DNA of 63,468 bases, counting the filler, from Licmophora abbreviata (lineage: Eukaryota), in the NCBI GenBank assembly GCA_900291995.1. It is 18 parts of 18 records of this genome, joined end to end, with 100 filler letters (N's around TTAATTAATTAA, not from the genome) between each part and the next. Parts side by side here need not be neighbours in the genome. Positions count along the whole stretch, not along the records: positions 28,406 to 34,733 come from OLMU01002420.1; positions 34,834 to 37,042 come from OLMU01002421.1; positions 37,143 to 38,488 come from OLMU01002422.1; positions 38,589 to 42,395 come from OLMU01002423.1; positions 42,496 to 49,142 come from OLMU01002424.1; 13 more parts are not named here. One strand, 5' to 3'. Made by a program: the position numbers and the translations under genes. The notes under the pieces are model-generated. The model saw nothing but the letters and a program-made list of their open reading frames with translations, was not told the DNA's origin and did not search any database. Each line of letters opens with the position of its first letter. Position 1 is the stretch's first letter. Below, piece by piece: positions 34,241 to 46,004 of this stretch.

Positions 34241-36016
34241 ATGGTGGACGAATCCTTCACTTCAGTCGCCTCCACAGGCAATGCCACACCGATGAAAGAC
34301 GCACCCCCCATCAGGTACGAAGTCGGTGACTACGACTTTGACGCGGAGAGCACGAGTGCGGTGCTTGCCGAAGAAGCTCCATCCCCCGACGTGGAAAATG
34401 GAATTACCACGGGCGTACTCTCCAATGACAAGGAGCTGCCTCCCCCGGTATACGCCAAGTCGTCTTTCGCCGCCGCCAAGGTCCCTCCGTCTCCGGCGGA
34501 AAAGACAATGTGCAGCAACGGTAGCAGCGGTGAATCGGGCGGTATGGTCCCTTTGACTGTTACGTCTACCAAAAAGAAGAAAAACAACCGGTGTCTCCTC
34601 TACTTTACCGTGATCGCTGCTCTTCTGTTGGCCGGTGCAGTCATCGGCATTCTTTTTGGCACTGGAACTGTTGAAATTAACAAGAGCAGCAGCAGCAACG
34701 AAGCGGGTGTCGCATCACCTGCGCCGTCCTTTGNNNNNNNNNNNNNNNNNNNNNNNNNNNNNNNNNNNNNNNNNNNNTTAATTAATTAANNNNNNNNNNN
34801 NNNNNNNNNNNNNNNNNNNNNNNNNNNNNNNNNTGGGACCAGTGGACTCCAGTTCCTTCCGAGACCTATTGCTTCCCATCGCGGGAACCATCATTGACGA
34901 CCCGAACACACCTCAGGGCCGAGCCTTTCTGGCACTTTCGGAAACGTGGGAGAAAGATGGCCTTGGCGCCGAGTACCTTCCGCACCTCACGCAGCGATAC
35001 GGTGTCTTCACTACCGCGTTTTCGCTCACCGGAGCTGCCTCACTCTCGGAGATGGCGGGTATCGTGCAGGGACCGAACGAATGCAACTGGCCGATTATTA
35101 CGTGTGATGCCGTGAATGCCACCACGGGATTGCAGCAAGTGAAGGCGGTGGAATTGGTGGAACGACCCGGCTTTGTCAAAGGCAAGATCCCGGCGGAACT
35201 GGGACTGGTGACTACCATCGAGTCAATCGACTTTGGTCAGAATGCAATTACTGGACCTATTCCAGAAGAACTTTACAAGATCACTGGGTTGAAGAACTTG
35301 TTCTTGCACTCGAACCAAATGACTGGAACGTTGAGCGAGAGCATCGCGAACTGGCCATACCTTGAAAAGCTGTATCTTGGATACAATGAGTTCTCTGGGA
35401 ACATCCCGGATGGCCTGCGTTCTGGGTCTCTCGATCCTGCTCTTGGACTCGAAATTCGGCCGCTGAGTAAGTGAAATATTTGAACAATATTGGCGTGCTG
35501 GGACTCGTAGACGCTGAATGTTTCAGAGCACTTACGTTGCACAAATTTGCTTTGTCGCCCACAGAGTATCTCAATCTTCACCACAACAAGTTCTCGGGGA
35601 CAATGCCTGCCAACCTTCGACTTCGCATGCTCTTCTATATCGATCTGGGCTTTAATCAGTTTACAGGGACCCTTCCCGAAGACTTCGGCTTGACATCAGC
35701 TCGTCTCCGCCACATGTACATGGACCATAACCAGTTCGGAGGAACTATTCCCGAGTCGTACTCCACCGTCGGTGGCAACCGACTCATTGAATTTCACATG
35801 CACAATAATAACTTCGTGGGGGCGGTGCCTTCAAGTTGGGGTAAGGGCAACACTAAGGTACTGACAATGAAGGTTCAGAACAATAACTTTGACGAGGACA
35901 TCGACAAGGATATTTGCAAGATGGACGTGTTCGATTCGGGCGAAATGGTGGAACTAAGCGCTGACTGCGACATCTGCTCATGCAGTGAAAGCTTATGTGG
36001 ACAGTGTTACAATTGA
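34241..36016 (+). CDS. Type II membrane leucine-rich repeat protein; spans the gap at 34734; intron 35467-35564
   Basis: KKKK followed by a TM helix, then PQGRA..LTQRY..ECNWPIITC cap, plant-type LRRs (LxLxxNxFxGxIP) and a C-terminal ELSADCDICSC..C cap. Confidence 0.85.
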
Positions 36017-36176
36017 TCAGAGCGATTTTCATTTCAGAGGAAGAAAAAGAGAGATCGTCGAGCGTCCACAGTGCCGACGTAGAAGGTAGAATTGTATAAC
36101 GTTTGGGAATAACCAACTTTTTTTGTTGCCCGTTTATTCCTGCATCGAATGGCTTATCTACGGTATCGACAGCTGG

Positions 36177-37996
36177 TTAACTTAGACACTCAAGCTCCGA
36201 CTCGTCTGGCCGGTAGAAGCCTGGCACACCAAGTAGATACAGAAAATGTTTGAAAGACCAAGCAGGTCGAAAAGCTCCGCCATGCGGCATCTTCCACGAC
36301 CACCAAAACAGATGAACGTGCGCATGCTTGGACGCCTTCACCTGAGCGAGATACGACTTGCGCAGCGTCGTGGCATCCAAGCACGAGCGTCGGACCGAGT
36401 GATGCGTCGACGCCGAGAATTCTGCGGACAACAATCGAGCACCCTTGCCTAGGTGTTTGTCCATTGTGGACCGATACATGCCGGCCCATGATGTACAACG
36501 GCTCAGTGCCAGGTCTGTGCCTATCGAGTCCCCACACGTGTAGTTTCCTGATCCATCTACAGTGCCTTGACAGCTTGGAGCCCAGGCGTGGTAGTGATGG
36601 ACATCCAAAACGGCCCATGTCGTACGTTCAGCCGACGTTGTCGTGCGTCCCCACCATTTGGCGATAATGGCGGTTGCCTCTGAAACGGCGCCATCGACAT
36701 CGTCCGGTACTAGCGAGGCGACAAAGATTGACTCAATAATGTTCACTTGTAGCTGGATCCCGAGTTGAGGCAGCGAAGATGCGCGAAAGGATTTGACGGC
36801 GTCGTTGAGCCAATAGAGGACTCGTAAATGCGGTCCGTCGGGGATGGCGGTGGCGTCATCGCGGCCATCCAGTTCGCTCAGATAGTCTCCCGCCACGGTA
36901 TCTGGTAAAGATGGTAGGTAAGAAACGTTCTGCGGGTTGGCCGATCCCGGGCCAAACATTCCAGCCAAGTGCGCCGGCTCGTTCATTGGTGAAATGGCTC
37001 CCAAGCCCGCAAATGCTTCTGGGTTGTCTGTACTGAGCGACTNNNNNNNNNNNNNNNNNNNNNNNNNNNNNNNNNNNNNNNNNNNNTTAATTAATTAANN
37101 NNNNNNNNNNNNNNNNNNNNNNNNNNNNNNNNNNNNNNNNNNAACAGAGGTTTGAGAGGCCAGACTCCCGAAAAAGTCCCAATCGACGTGCCACCAGGAT
37201 ACGTGTGAATGTCCAACGTCGCCTTGATACCATGGTGGCCGCATGCATGCAAAAAATCTTCCAAGAGCGACCGCGGCACTGCAGGCCATCTCACATCGAT
37301 CCCTTGCTTCGCGAAGAAGGGGTCTCTACACGTGAACTTCTCCTCGAGTTCTGCGTCGTCCGGGTAACCACCGCCTCGTCCGTCTTCGTGAACCCGCCGG
37401 AGCATCAAGGTCGGATCATGGTCCGTGAGACACCACGAGACTGGCACACGCACGTGCTGAATCCCCAATCTCGCTATACGAGGCAGCTCCTCATGGTAAT
37501 CCAGATAGGATATTCGGAAAGCGTGAAAAGCTTCAATGGCCTTTCTCAATCCCACCGTTGCCGTGAGGTTTGCCAACAGGTCCGTTTCGGAATTCCAGCG
37601 CGCCGGTATGGCCAAGGGAGGAAGACATTTCGCGGCCACGACATCATCGGCCGTTGCTACTTCCTCGGCTCCATCCCGTCCGACATAGAAGTAGTCTTCT
37701 AATGACAACCACGAGCCGAGGTTGACTCCATGAGGCATCGGCAAGGGGTGCTGTTGTGCAGAGAGACTGTCCTGATTCTGGATGCCCCGACTAGTGCCCA
37801 TCGAAGCGAGTGCAACGACCAAAATTGTGGCCACGGCTACAGCAAAGCTTACTAGAATAATGATATTGCGATTTCGTTTCTGTTGTCTTCCATGTGATAC
37901 GAGGGGGGAGTGTTGCTGTGATGGCGAGGGTGAGCCGCCTACTCCGACGGCATACGGCACCGAGGATATCGCTGAGTAGCCACTCCTCTCGTTCAT
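36177..37996 (-). CDS. Glycoside hydrolase family 5, exo-1,3-beta-glucanase-like, with an N-terminal TM anchor; spans the gap at 37043
   Basis: GVNLGSWL, VRVPVSW, LDIHTYPG, catalytic MNEP, DVHHYHAW, nucleophile AEFS and FWWSWK. Confidence 0.85.
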
Positions 37997-38597
37997 TTTC
38001 AGCTTCCCGATAGAATCAGAGAGATCAAACGTTTAGTAGAAACCAGAACGTCGGGTGCTCTGAAGTCGAAATAGTTTTCTATACTGCCGGGCGGTTTGAT
38101 GCGGTCGCCGCTCCTGAACCAATGCCATTGTGTGCACACTGAAGGAGGAGGGCCGCGCTCACCGCTCCTCGCGCGCAGCGACTTCATTGTGAGAGCGCGT
38201 CATCATCGCGCACTTTCGGCATTTTCTATATACGTGTGTAGATACGTAAACTTTCGCGCTCGCCAAACCCCGTTTCAAAACACATTCCAAAAATCTGTCG
38301 AAAACACTCACGTCCTCCAAAAGGCGTTCACTTTGTGTTGCCTTCCACCGCAGTCATTCAAAATGTTGTGTGCAGAACCATCACATTTCTTGTCGCAGCA
38401 ACAGCCTTCACTTTCTTGACAACTTGCTGTTTTTCAAAGCGACCATCATTTGCATCATCTCCATCATCATCGTCATCATCATCATCCTNNNNNNNNNNNN
38501 NNNNNNNNNNNNNNNNNNNNNNNNNNNNNNNNTTAATTAATTAANNNNNNNNNNNNNNNNNNNNNNNNNNNNNNNNNNNNNNNNNNNNACAGACATC

Positions 38598-39176
38598 ATG
38601 ACTGTTACGGAGTACGAAGATACGTGGGAAGAGGATGTGATCCCACCAGTCGTCCATGTCGCGATGAAGAACATTTTGGTTCCAACCAAAAAACAACCAC
38701 TCCAGGACGACCCTCCGCTCTCCCAAAAAATGCAAATCACAACGACCGTCATTGAGGATCTGGAATCCACAGACGAAGAGAGCGAGGAGTCGTCGTTCAG
38801 TCATGTCGATACCGTTCCCACGGAGAAACGACGCATCTTTCGCTGCCTCATGCAAGTCCTCTTTCCTTTCAAACGTACCATGACTACGGAAGAATTCTTT
38901 GCTAGCTTCCGTCGACCCAAACAAGACAACGGCGACACTGGTGATGAGCAATCCTTGTCGGATATCTCCATTCTTGCCTTGCCCGAAGAACCAATCGATG
39001 ACCCACCAGCCAGAACCGAGCCTCGTTCTCGTCGGCGCCTTTTTAGAGGGCGTCGTGTTGCTCGATCGAGACGTACACGCGGATGGCAAGATTCGGTCGC
39101 GACCCAAGTGACGGTGGATGATCCTGAACGTGGTGTGGGGCTGGCGACGCTGGGAGAAGAGGAGGTTGCCTTCTAG
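38598..39176 (+). CDS. Hypothetical acidic/disordered protein, possibly 5'-partial
   Basis: 192-codon ORF next to a gap. No motif recognised. Confidence 0.4.
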   Translation: MTVTEYEDTWEEDVIPPVVHVAMKNILVPTKKQPLQDDPPLSQKMQITTTVIEDLESTDEESEESSFSHVDTVPTEKRRIFRCLMQVLFPFKRTMTTEEFFASFRRPKQDNGDTGDEQSLSDISILALPEEPIDDPPARTEPRSRRRLFRGRRVARSRRTRGWQDSVATQVTVDDPERGVGLATLGEEEVAF

Positions 39177-39264
39177 AGGAGTGCCTACTTGCTTACAGAA
39201 GAGGCGACACACAGTTTGTAGTCTCTAGAAGTAGTAGTACCGTATATATGCATGTGTCACGTCT

Positions 39265-40673
39265 CTACCTCTTCTTCTTTTTCGATTTACCCTGTTCACT
39301 GCCCCCAAAGAGCGCCTGCTGATAGGCATTCTTGGGAGACGTGGACTTCTTTTTTCCCTTCCGAGGCCCTTCAATCACGCCACGCTTTCGTTTTCCATTG
39401 CTGTAACGGTCTCCATCCTCATCCTCATGTTCACCATACGGATCGTCTCCGTCGTCCTGAAATGCTGAACTGACGCCTCGTACCAACCCACCCAGATCCG
39501 CAATGGCCGCCAAGTTGCTACTCTCCTCCCGCAACAATCGTTGACGATCCTTCTTATCCTTGCGCGATGTAACGAGTCGCACCATGTTGGCTTCCTCAAA
39601 GGACGTCTTGGCCGCCTGTCGTTCCGACATGCGCCGTGCTGCCTCGCGCTGCTGACCATAATCGGTACCACCGTGAAGATCCTCCTGTTCCGGAGCCTCT
39701 CCGTACTGTGCACGCAAGGTCTGAGCGAGTTCGGTCGTACGCAAACGTCGGTTGCGGCGCTTCTGACCTTCCCCATCCTTGCCTTCCTTGGGGTATGGCA
39801 TGGATGCCAATCGCGGAGCCCTGTACAGTCCATGATGGTCTTCCTCTTCTTCTTTTTGATGGTTGTGCCGAGCTCGCTCCAAAGTTGCCTGAGCTGCAGC
39901 CAGGTCGTCCATGGCCGCATCTTCGTCGTCGCGGCTGTCATCGTGACTGGCGTCAGACCCAGAATCGTCTTCATCCGACGACGAGTCCTCATCCTGTGAT
40001 GGAGAGAAAGAGGAGGACCCAGGAGTGAGACAGGCAATCCTTAGTATAATGCAAGATCCTGCATCAGAGCGTTCACTCACGGTCGTGTTTCCTCCAAGTG
40101 CCTCGGGGGCAGGCCGATACGCCAAGGGATCAGCGGCATCTGCAGTGTTGGGATTGTCATCATGACTAGTACCGACCGCAAAGGAAGAGCTGGTCGCCGT
40201 AGCTGCCAACAGTCGATCGAGCTGGTAGCGCATCTTCTTTTCGAGGGGCCGCGTCTTGTCGAGCGTGGTTCTCATTTCCAAGAGTCTCCGCAGGTGCTGC
40301 TGGTCGTTCTTTCGGCTGACGCGTTCGCGCACGTGACAGGTCAAATCAATCATGTAGGACAACAAGAGACTATTTTTGACCTACGAGAAATGGAAAGTGA
40401 ACAGTTAGTCGAAGTTTGGCACGGTGTAGGAGCCTGTAGATGTACTACTGGCAGAGTGGGCCGTGGATCCACCCTTGTTCTTTCACTACTCACTTCGAGA
40501 AAGTCCAGAGCATCTTTCTGAGCATCGAATTCGCGACTCTTCATGTGCTCTTCGATGGCAGGCATCAAGGACGACTCTGCCTTCTGCACAAGCTCTTCAA
40601 TGCCCGCAACGAGCTTCTCGTCTTGCTTCATCTTGTTGCTCGCGATACGTTCTTCTGACGACGGCAACGACAT
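39265..40673 (-). CDS. NGDN: Neuroguidin/Lcp5 (Sas10/Utp3/C1D family) SSU processome factor; introns 40493-40381, 40080-39994
   Basis: LDFLE|VKNSLLLSYMIDL, LEMRTTLDKTRPLEKKMRYQLDRLL, DPLAYRP, LYRAPRL and FEEANMVRL. Confidence 0.85.
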
Positions 40674-40950
40674 ATCTTCATGAGCAACAGCTTTTTCTGT
40701 GGCTCTTTTGGCGGTGGGTGGGTGGACACGAACAGCTGTCGGACATCACGTAAAACTTCACGTTGACTCTGGTAGCATAATTGAATGTCGCTTGTGAAGT
40801 CTTGTGACGTCAACTCCGAGCGGCAATCTGGCCTCTCCGTGCCGTGGAGCGGACAGACTTTCCCTCCATAATATCTTGCGCGCGACGGGATGAGCCACCC
40901 TGTCAATTTTGGATTGCCCATTATACCGTTACACACACCATGAGAGACAG

Positions 40951-42395
40951 ATGATCCGTCGCAAGCAACGACTCCGAAGGGGACAGAACTCGGCGACTCC
41001 CTCAGAGGTGAAAGAGCACATCCGCCCCAGAGTAGTCTCGCAAGGAGCCCAGAGCCGAAGTTCTTCTCCTACTTCTACAAAGAAAAACCATGCGGCCGTG
41101 CTTTTCGTCGTTGGATGTGCGGCGGTGGCGGTGGCGGGCATACTCATGCTAGCAACTGATACTACGATTGCCATCACCAGGATGAGTACTTTCGTCGGGT
41201 TGCCGCCAGAAGCAGAGGCAGAAGTCTCTGAGACAATGAACCTTCCGATGCCTCATGGAGTCAATCTTGGTTCCTGGCTGACACTCGAAGACTATTTCTT
41301 TGTCGGACGCGACGGAGCAGACGAGGTCTCGACATTCGATGGCGTCGTAGCAGCAAAGTGTTTTCCGCCGATGGCATTATCTTGGCAGTGGAATTCTGAA
41401 ACAGACCTCTTGCAGAATCTTACGGCCACGGTGGGATTGAAAAAGGCCATTGAAGCATTTCATGCATATCGACTTTCCTATATGAAGGACTACGATGCCG
41501 AACTCTCGCGCATGGAGAAGTTGGGCATTCGCCGTGTCCGAGTTCCCCTCTCTTGGTGTCTCACAGACCATGACCCCGCGGTGATGTTCCGCAGCAGTGA
41601 ACAGAACGACGATCCAAGCACCGAACTATTGGAAGAGAGATATACCTGTCGAGACCCATTCTTTGCCAAACAGGGCATCGACGTGAAATGGCCTGCTGTG
41701 CCACGCCCCTTGTTGGCGGCCTTCCTTCGCGCCTGCAGCCGCCATGGCATCAAAGCCACTCTAGACACTCAACTTCTGTGGGTGGTTCGTCGATGGGGAC
41801 CTTTTCGGGTGTCTGGCCGCTCAAACCTCTGTTTTGGAAGTACGACGACCCGGAGCATCCCGACACGGATATAGGTCGAGGTATACTGCGTGATTTGCTG
41901 ACCTGGGCCGAGTCGCTCAGCAAACACGATCCAGTCGCATTTGCGGGCCTGGGTGCTATCTCGCCCATGAACGAGCCGGCGCATTTGGCTGGAATATTCG
42001 GACCGGGGTCGGAGAACCCGCAGACCGATTCGTTTTTGCCATCCTTACCCGACTCCATTGCAGAACAATACCTGAGAGAACTGAATGATGATAGTGTTTC
42101 AATGGCCGATGGCACAGTCTTCCCTCCTTTTCCCGATGGGCCCCATTTACGAGTTTTCTATTGGCTGAACGATGCTGCAAAAACCTTTCGGGCATCGTCA
42201 CTGCCAAGCCTCGGGATTGAATTTCATGTGAATCTCATCGAAACATTCATTGCAAACTCACTGGCCGGTGGCGAAGACCAAAAACTTGCCATGATCTTGA
42301 GTTGGTGGGGTCACACGACCACGTCCGTTGAACGCAAGTCGTGGGCCGTCATGGATTTGCACCACTACCACGCTTGGTCTCCAAGCTGTCAGGGG
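40951..42395 (+). CDS. Second GH5 glucanase-like paralog, 3'-partial; 1-nt deletion near 41769-41772
   Basis: Highly similar to the 36177-37996 gene (PMPHGVNLGSWL, WNSETDLL, ISPMNEPAHLAG, DLHHYHAW). Confidence 0.8.
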
Positions 42396-42642
42396 NNNNN
42401 NNNNNNNNNNNNNNNNNNNNNNNNNNNNNNNNNNNNNNNTTAATTAATTAANNNNNNNNNNNNNNNNNNNNNNNNNNNNNNNNNNNNNNNNNNNNCGGCG
42501 GCCAGACTGAAGTGGAGTGAAGCAAACAAGTGAAGGCTCTCTTTTCTATCTCCTCTCTGCTGTGTGATAGTACGCTGGTCGCCTTGCCATTGAGCCTTTG
42601 TCGAATGCCATCTGCACACTAAATAAACTCAGTCGACTCGCC

Positions 42643-44586
42643 ATGACACTCCTACCATTATCTAGATTCGCAGTTTTGGCGATGGCTGCGCTCTTTTCGC
42701 TGGATTTACAGCCATCAGTCGGCGCCTTTTCACCCGTTCGATCAATTGCCCGTACTGCAGCGGCCCGAAATCAGCGCCGAGATTCGTTTGGAATATCACC
42801 ACTGTTTGGAAAAAAGAACAAACGTAAGGCTGCTGGTGGCAAGTCCAGGGGTCAGCAACAACAACAAGAGAAACAGTCCGTCAAGGACGCACGATTTGAT
42901 GCTGCCACTCGTCAGTTCATGTTTACCATGGTCGGACTCACGAAACTTCTTCCCGACAAGTCCAAGGAAGTGCTAAAGAATATCAATCTCAGTTTCTATC
43001 CTGGGGCCAAAATTGGCGTGGTCGGCCTAAATGGTTCAGGGAAATCAACGCTGCTCAAAATCATGGCGGGAGTCGATACCGAATTCGATGGTACCGCCCG
43101 CCCCCTCCCAGGCGCTTCCATTGGCTATTTACCGCAAGAGCCTCAGTTGCCTTTCGAAACCGTTCGGGAGTGTGTCGACGATGCCGTCAAGTCGTCGCAG
43201 GCCATTCTGGATGAATACAATGAGCTCAGTATGAAACTAGCAGATCCAGACCTATCTGAAGACGAAATGAGCAAGGTCATGGCTGGTGTGGAGACGCTCA
43301 ACGACCAGATTGAGGCCGCTAACTTGTGGGAGCTGGATCGTGTCGTGTCACGAGCCATGGACTCCTTGCGTCTCCCACCCGGTCATGCCGAGACGGCCGT
43401 ACTAAGTGGAGGCGAGAAACGTCGTGTAGCCCTGTGTCGACTGTTATTGGGCAATCATGATATGCTTCTACTAGATGAACCGACAAATCATCTCGATTGT
43501 GAAAGTATTGCATGGCTGGAACAATTCTTGGAGGCTTACACGGGCACTGTAGTGGCAGTGACTCACGATCGATACTTTTTGGAAAATGTGGCACAGTGGA
43601 TTCTTGAACTGGATCGTGGTGAAGGCATTCCGCATGAGGGCAACTACTCATCATGGCTCGATGCAAAGAACAAGCGTTTGGAGGAAGAGAAAAAGCAACA
43701 GAGTGCGTCTGCCAAAGCAGTGGCAGCAGAGCTCGAATGGGTCAGATCCAATCCGAAGGCCAAAGGCAACAAGAGTAAGGCTCGTTTGAATCGATATGAC
43801 GAATTGATGTCAGCTGCGGCGCCCAAGGAAATGAGAAATACTGGACAAATCTACATTCCACCGGGTCCTCGACTGGGCGACGTTGTCATCGATGTCGACA
43901 ATCTGCGCAAGTCGTACGGCGAACGCATGTTGATTGACGGCCTTGAGTTTTCTCTGCCCAAGGCCGGCATAGTTGGGATTGTTGGAGCGAACGGGGCCGG
44001 AAAATCCACTCTCATCAAGATGCTTATGGGCAAGGAGGATCCCGATGCTGGTGTCATCAAAGTTGGCGATACCGTCAATATGATTGGCGTGGGACAGGAT
44101 CGCATGGAAGAGCTGGATCCCAAAAAGACTGTGTTTGAAGAAATCACTGGCGGCATGGATGAGTTGGAATTGGGCACAGCCACAGTCAACTCGCGCGCGT
44201 ACGTGTCTTGGTTCGGATTCAAGAGTGCCCAGCAGCAGGCCAATGTAGGCAACTTGAGTGGCGGTGAACGAAATCGCGTGCAACTGGCAAAATTACTCAA
44301 ATCGGGAGCGAATCTCATTATTCTTGACGAGCCAACCAACGATCTCGATGTTGAAACCCTTCGTTCATTAGAAGAAGGCCTCTTGAACTTCGCCGGAAGC
44401 GCGATTGTTGTATCGCACGACCGTTACTTTTTGGATCGGGTGGCGACACACATCTTGGCTTGCGAAGGAGACAGCAAGTGGTTCTTTTATCCGGGGAACT
44501 ATGCCGACTACGAAGAGAATCGAAAGGAACGATTGGGAGAAACGAGCATTGCGCGCATCAAGTATGCGCCATTAGTCAATGCTTGA
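42643..44586 (+). CDS. ettA: Plastid-targeted ABC-F translation factor, EttA/ChvD type
   Basis: VGAFSP presequence, INLSFYPGAKIGVVGLNGSGKST, two ABC cassettes, ELEWVR..PK...KSKARL linker and IYIPPGPRLGDVVI. Confidence 0.9.
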   Translation: MTLLPLSRFAVLAMAALFSLDLQPSVGAFSPVRSIARTAAARNQRRDSFGISPLFGKKNKRKAAGGKSRGQQQQQEKQSVKDARFDAATRQFMFTMVGLTKLLPDKSKEVLKNINLSFYPGAKIGVVGLNGSGKSTLLKIMAGVDTEFDGTARPLPGASIGYLPQEPQLPFETVRECVDDAVKSSQAILDEYNELSMKLADPDLSEDEMSKVMAGVETLNDQIEAANLWELDRVVSRAMDSLRLPPGHAETAVLSGGEKRRVALCRLLLGNHDMLLLDEPTNHLDCESIAWLEQFLEAYTGTVVAVTHDRYFLENVAQWILELDRGEGIPHEGNYSSWLDAKNKRLEEEKKQQSASAKAVAAELEWVRSNPKAKGNKSKARLNRYDELMSAAAPKEMRNTGQIYIPPGPRLGDVVIDVDNLRKSYGERMLIDGLEFSLPKAGIVGIVGANGAGKSTLIKMLMGKEDPDAGVIKVGDTVNMIGVGQDRMEELDPKKTVFEEITGGMDELELGTATVNSRAYVSWFGFKSAQQQANVGNLSGGERNRVQLAKLLKSGANLIILDEPTNDLDVETLRSLEEGLLNFAGSAIVVSHDRYFLDRVATHILACEGDSKWFFYPGNYADYEENRKERLGETSIARIKYAPLVNA

Positions 44587-44630
44587 AGATAACAATGTTG
44601 GACGAACATAGCTATGATGACATGATGTCA

Positions 44631-45752
44631 TTAGTCTCTTACAATAGCTCTTCGAATCCTGTTACTGATTCGTTCCCGTACCATCAATAGTAACGCACTC
44701 TTAAGCATTGTATGTAGCAGCTGATACTGCCATCCACGATACATGCCTCTTATACCGTCGTCCGTATACTCTCGGACGAGACAGTTGATCATGCTGCGCT
44801 GCGACGTGACCATGAGTAGAATCTTAGCCCGGATCAAGGGATAGGTAGCGAGCGTAGCAGTGAACTTCGCCAAGAGTCCCAATACAAACGCCTGTGACAT
44901 GGTCAAGTGACTCTCAGGTGATGGTCCTCCTACTGCTGTTGCTGATTGTCGCCTTCGCTGGAGTAACAGTCCTTTCAAGACGTCAAAGATTGTGTAATGA
45001 ATCGCTGGATTTGAGCAGAGCAACAAAGACGGCCAAAGGCCTTTCCAGAGTGTCTTGTAGTTGCTTGGAATCCTGACTTCGGCAGGTACGCAGGACATGA
45101 GCGGCTTTCTTTGACTGTTCATGACACATGGTTCCTGCGATGGTGTCAGGTTGTCATGACTTTCAGTCTCTTCCTGCGACAATGTGTCATGAAAGGGCCT
45201 CCTGTCGGCCTCATTCCAAACTCGATCCATAGTGGTGCTTGCTGTGTTGTCGGTGTTGTCGCCGGGGGTTTGCGTCGTCGCTTCTGAATGAGCATCCACC
45301 TGATGATTCGAGCTGATCACGTCCAGCGGTAGAGTTACGGTGGTATTGATCATTGCCGCGATTGCCGATAAGATGAGTCGAGAAAGTGTGGAAACATTCG
45401 GAGTAGAAGCGTTGCTTCCGCTTTGCTTTCCTGTCGTCTTCCACCATGACAGAATCCACGAGTACACATAAAAATAACAAAAACTTGAGGAGGCAGTGTG
45501 CAGAGTCTTGACATGAATGCCTCGAAAGAAATAGTGTCGCCAGGTGGACGAGTAAGAACGTATCGGTTGTTGCTGCTTCGTTTTGCTACCCTTCGTATCG
45601 GTGCTTCTTCGTCTTGCTTGCTCTTCCGTCTTGTAAACATCAATCGGATAAAAAGTCCAGAGGGCCACCAGTGAAGCGACGACTCCTGCTACGGCATCGG
45701 ATAGAGCCTCGCGTTGTCGAATCTCTCTTCGGGTGCGGATGCTGCTGCTCAT
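44631..45752 (-). CDS. Mitochondrial carrier family protein, peroxisomal ANT1/PMP34-like
   Basis: Three PxDxxK-type repeats (YPIDVYK, LPLDVIS, YPLIRAK) and LWKGLWPSLLLCSNPAIHY. Confidence 0.8.
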   Translation of the reverse strand: MSSSIRTRREIRQREALSDAVAGVVASLVALWTFYPIDVYKTEEQARRRSTDTKGSKTKQQQPIRSYSSTWRHYFFRGIHVKTLHTASSSFCYFYVYSWILSWWKTTGKQSGSNASTPNVSTLSRLILSAIAAMINTTVTLPLDVISSNHQVDAHSEATTQTPGDNTDNTASTTMDRVWNEADRRPFHDTLSQEETESHDNLTPSQEPCVMNSQRKPLMSCVPAEVRIPSNYKTLWKGLWPSLLLCSNPAIHYTIFDVLKGLLLQRRRQSATAVGGPSPESHLTMSQAFVLGLLAKFTATLATYPLIRAKILLMVTSQRSMINCLVREYTDDGIRGMYRGWQYQLLHTMLKSALLLMVRERISNRIRRAIVRD

Positions 45753-46004
45753 CGATGATGGTGTGTTATGTGGAGAATTTATGATAGACTACCATATGAT
45801 TGAGCCGCCATTGTCTCGTTGATATCGTCATTCGTCATGGTCAAAGTTGTGTTGAACCCCAAAAATCGAAAATCCGACTGACATCGATGATGACGTACGA
45901 GCACTCGACTGGTGATGGCCAGACGTCCAAACATGCTTGACCCAAAATTCCAAAATTGCAAAATAAATTGATGAGCCGTCCAGAGTCCAGACCACGACGT
46001 GACC

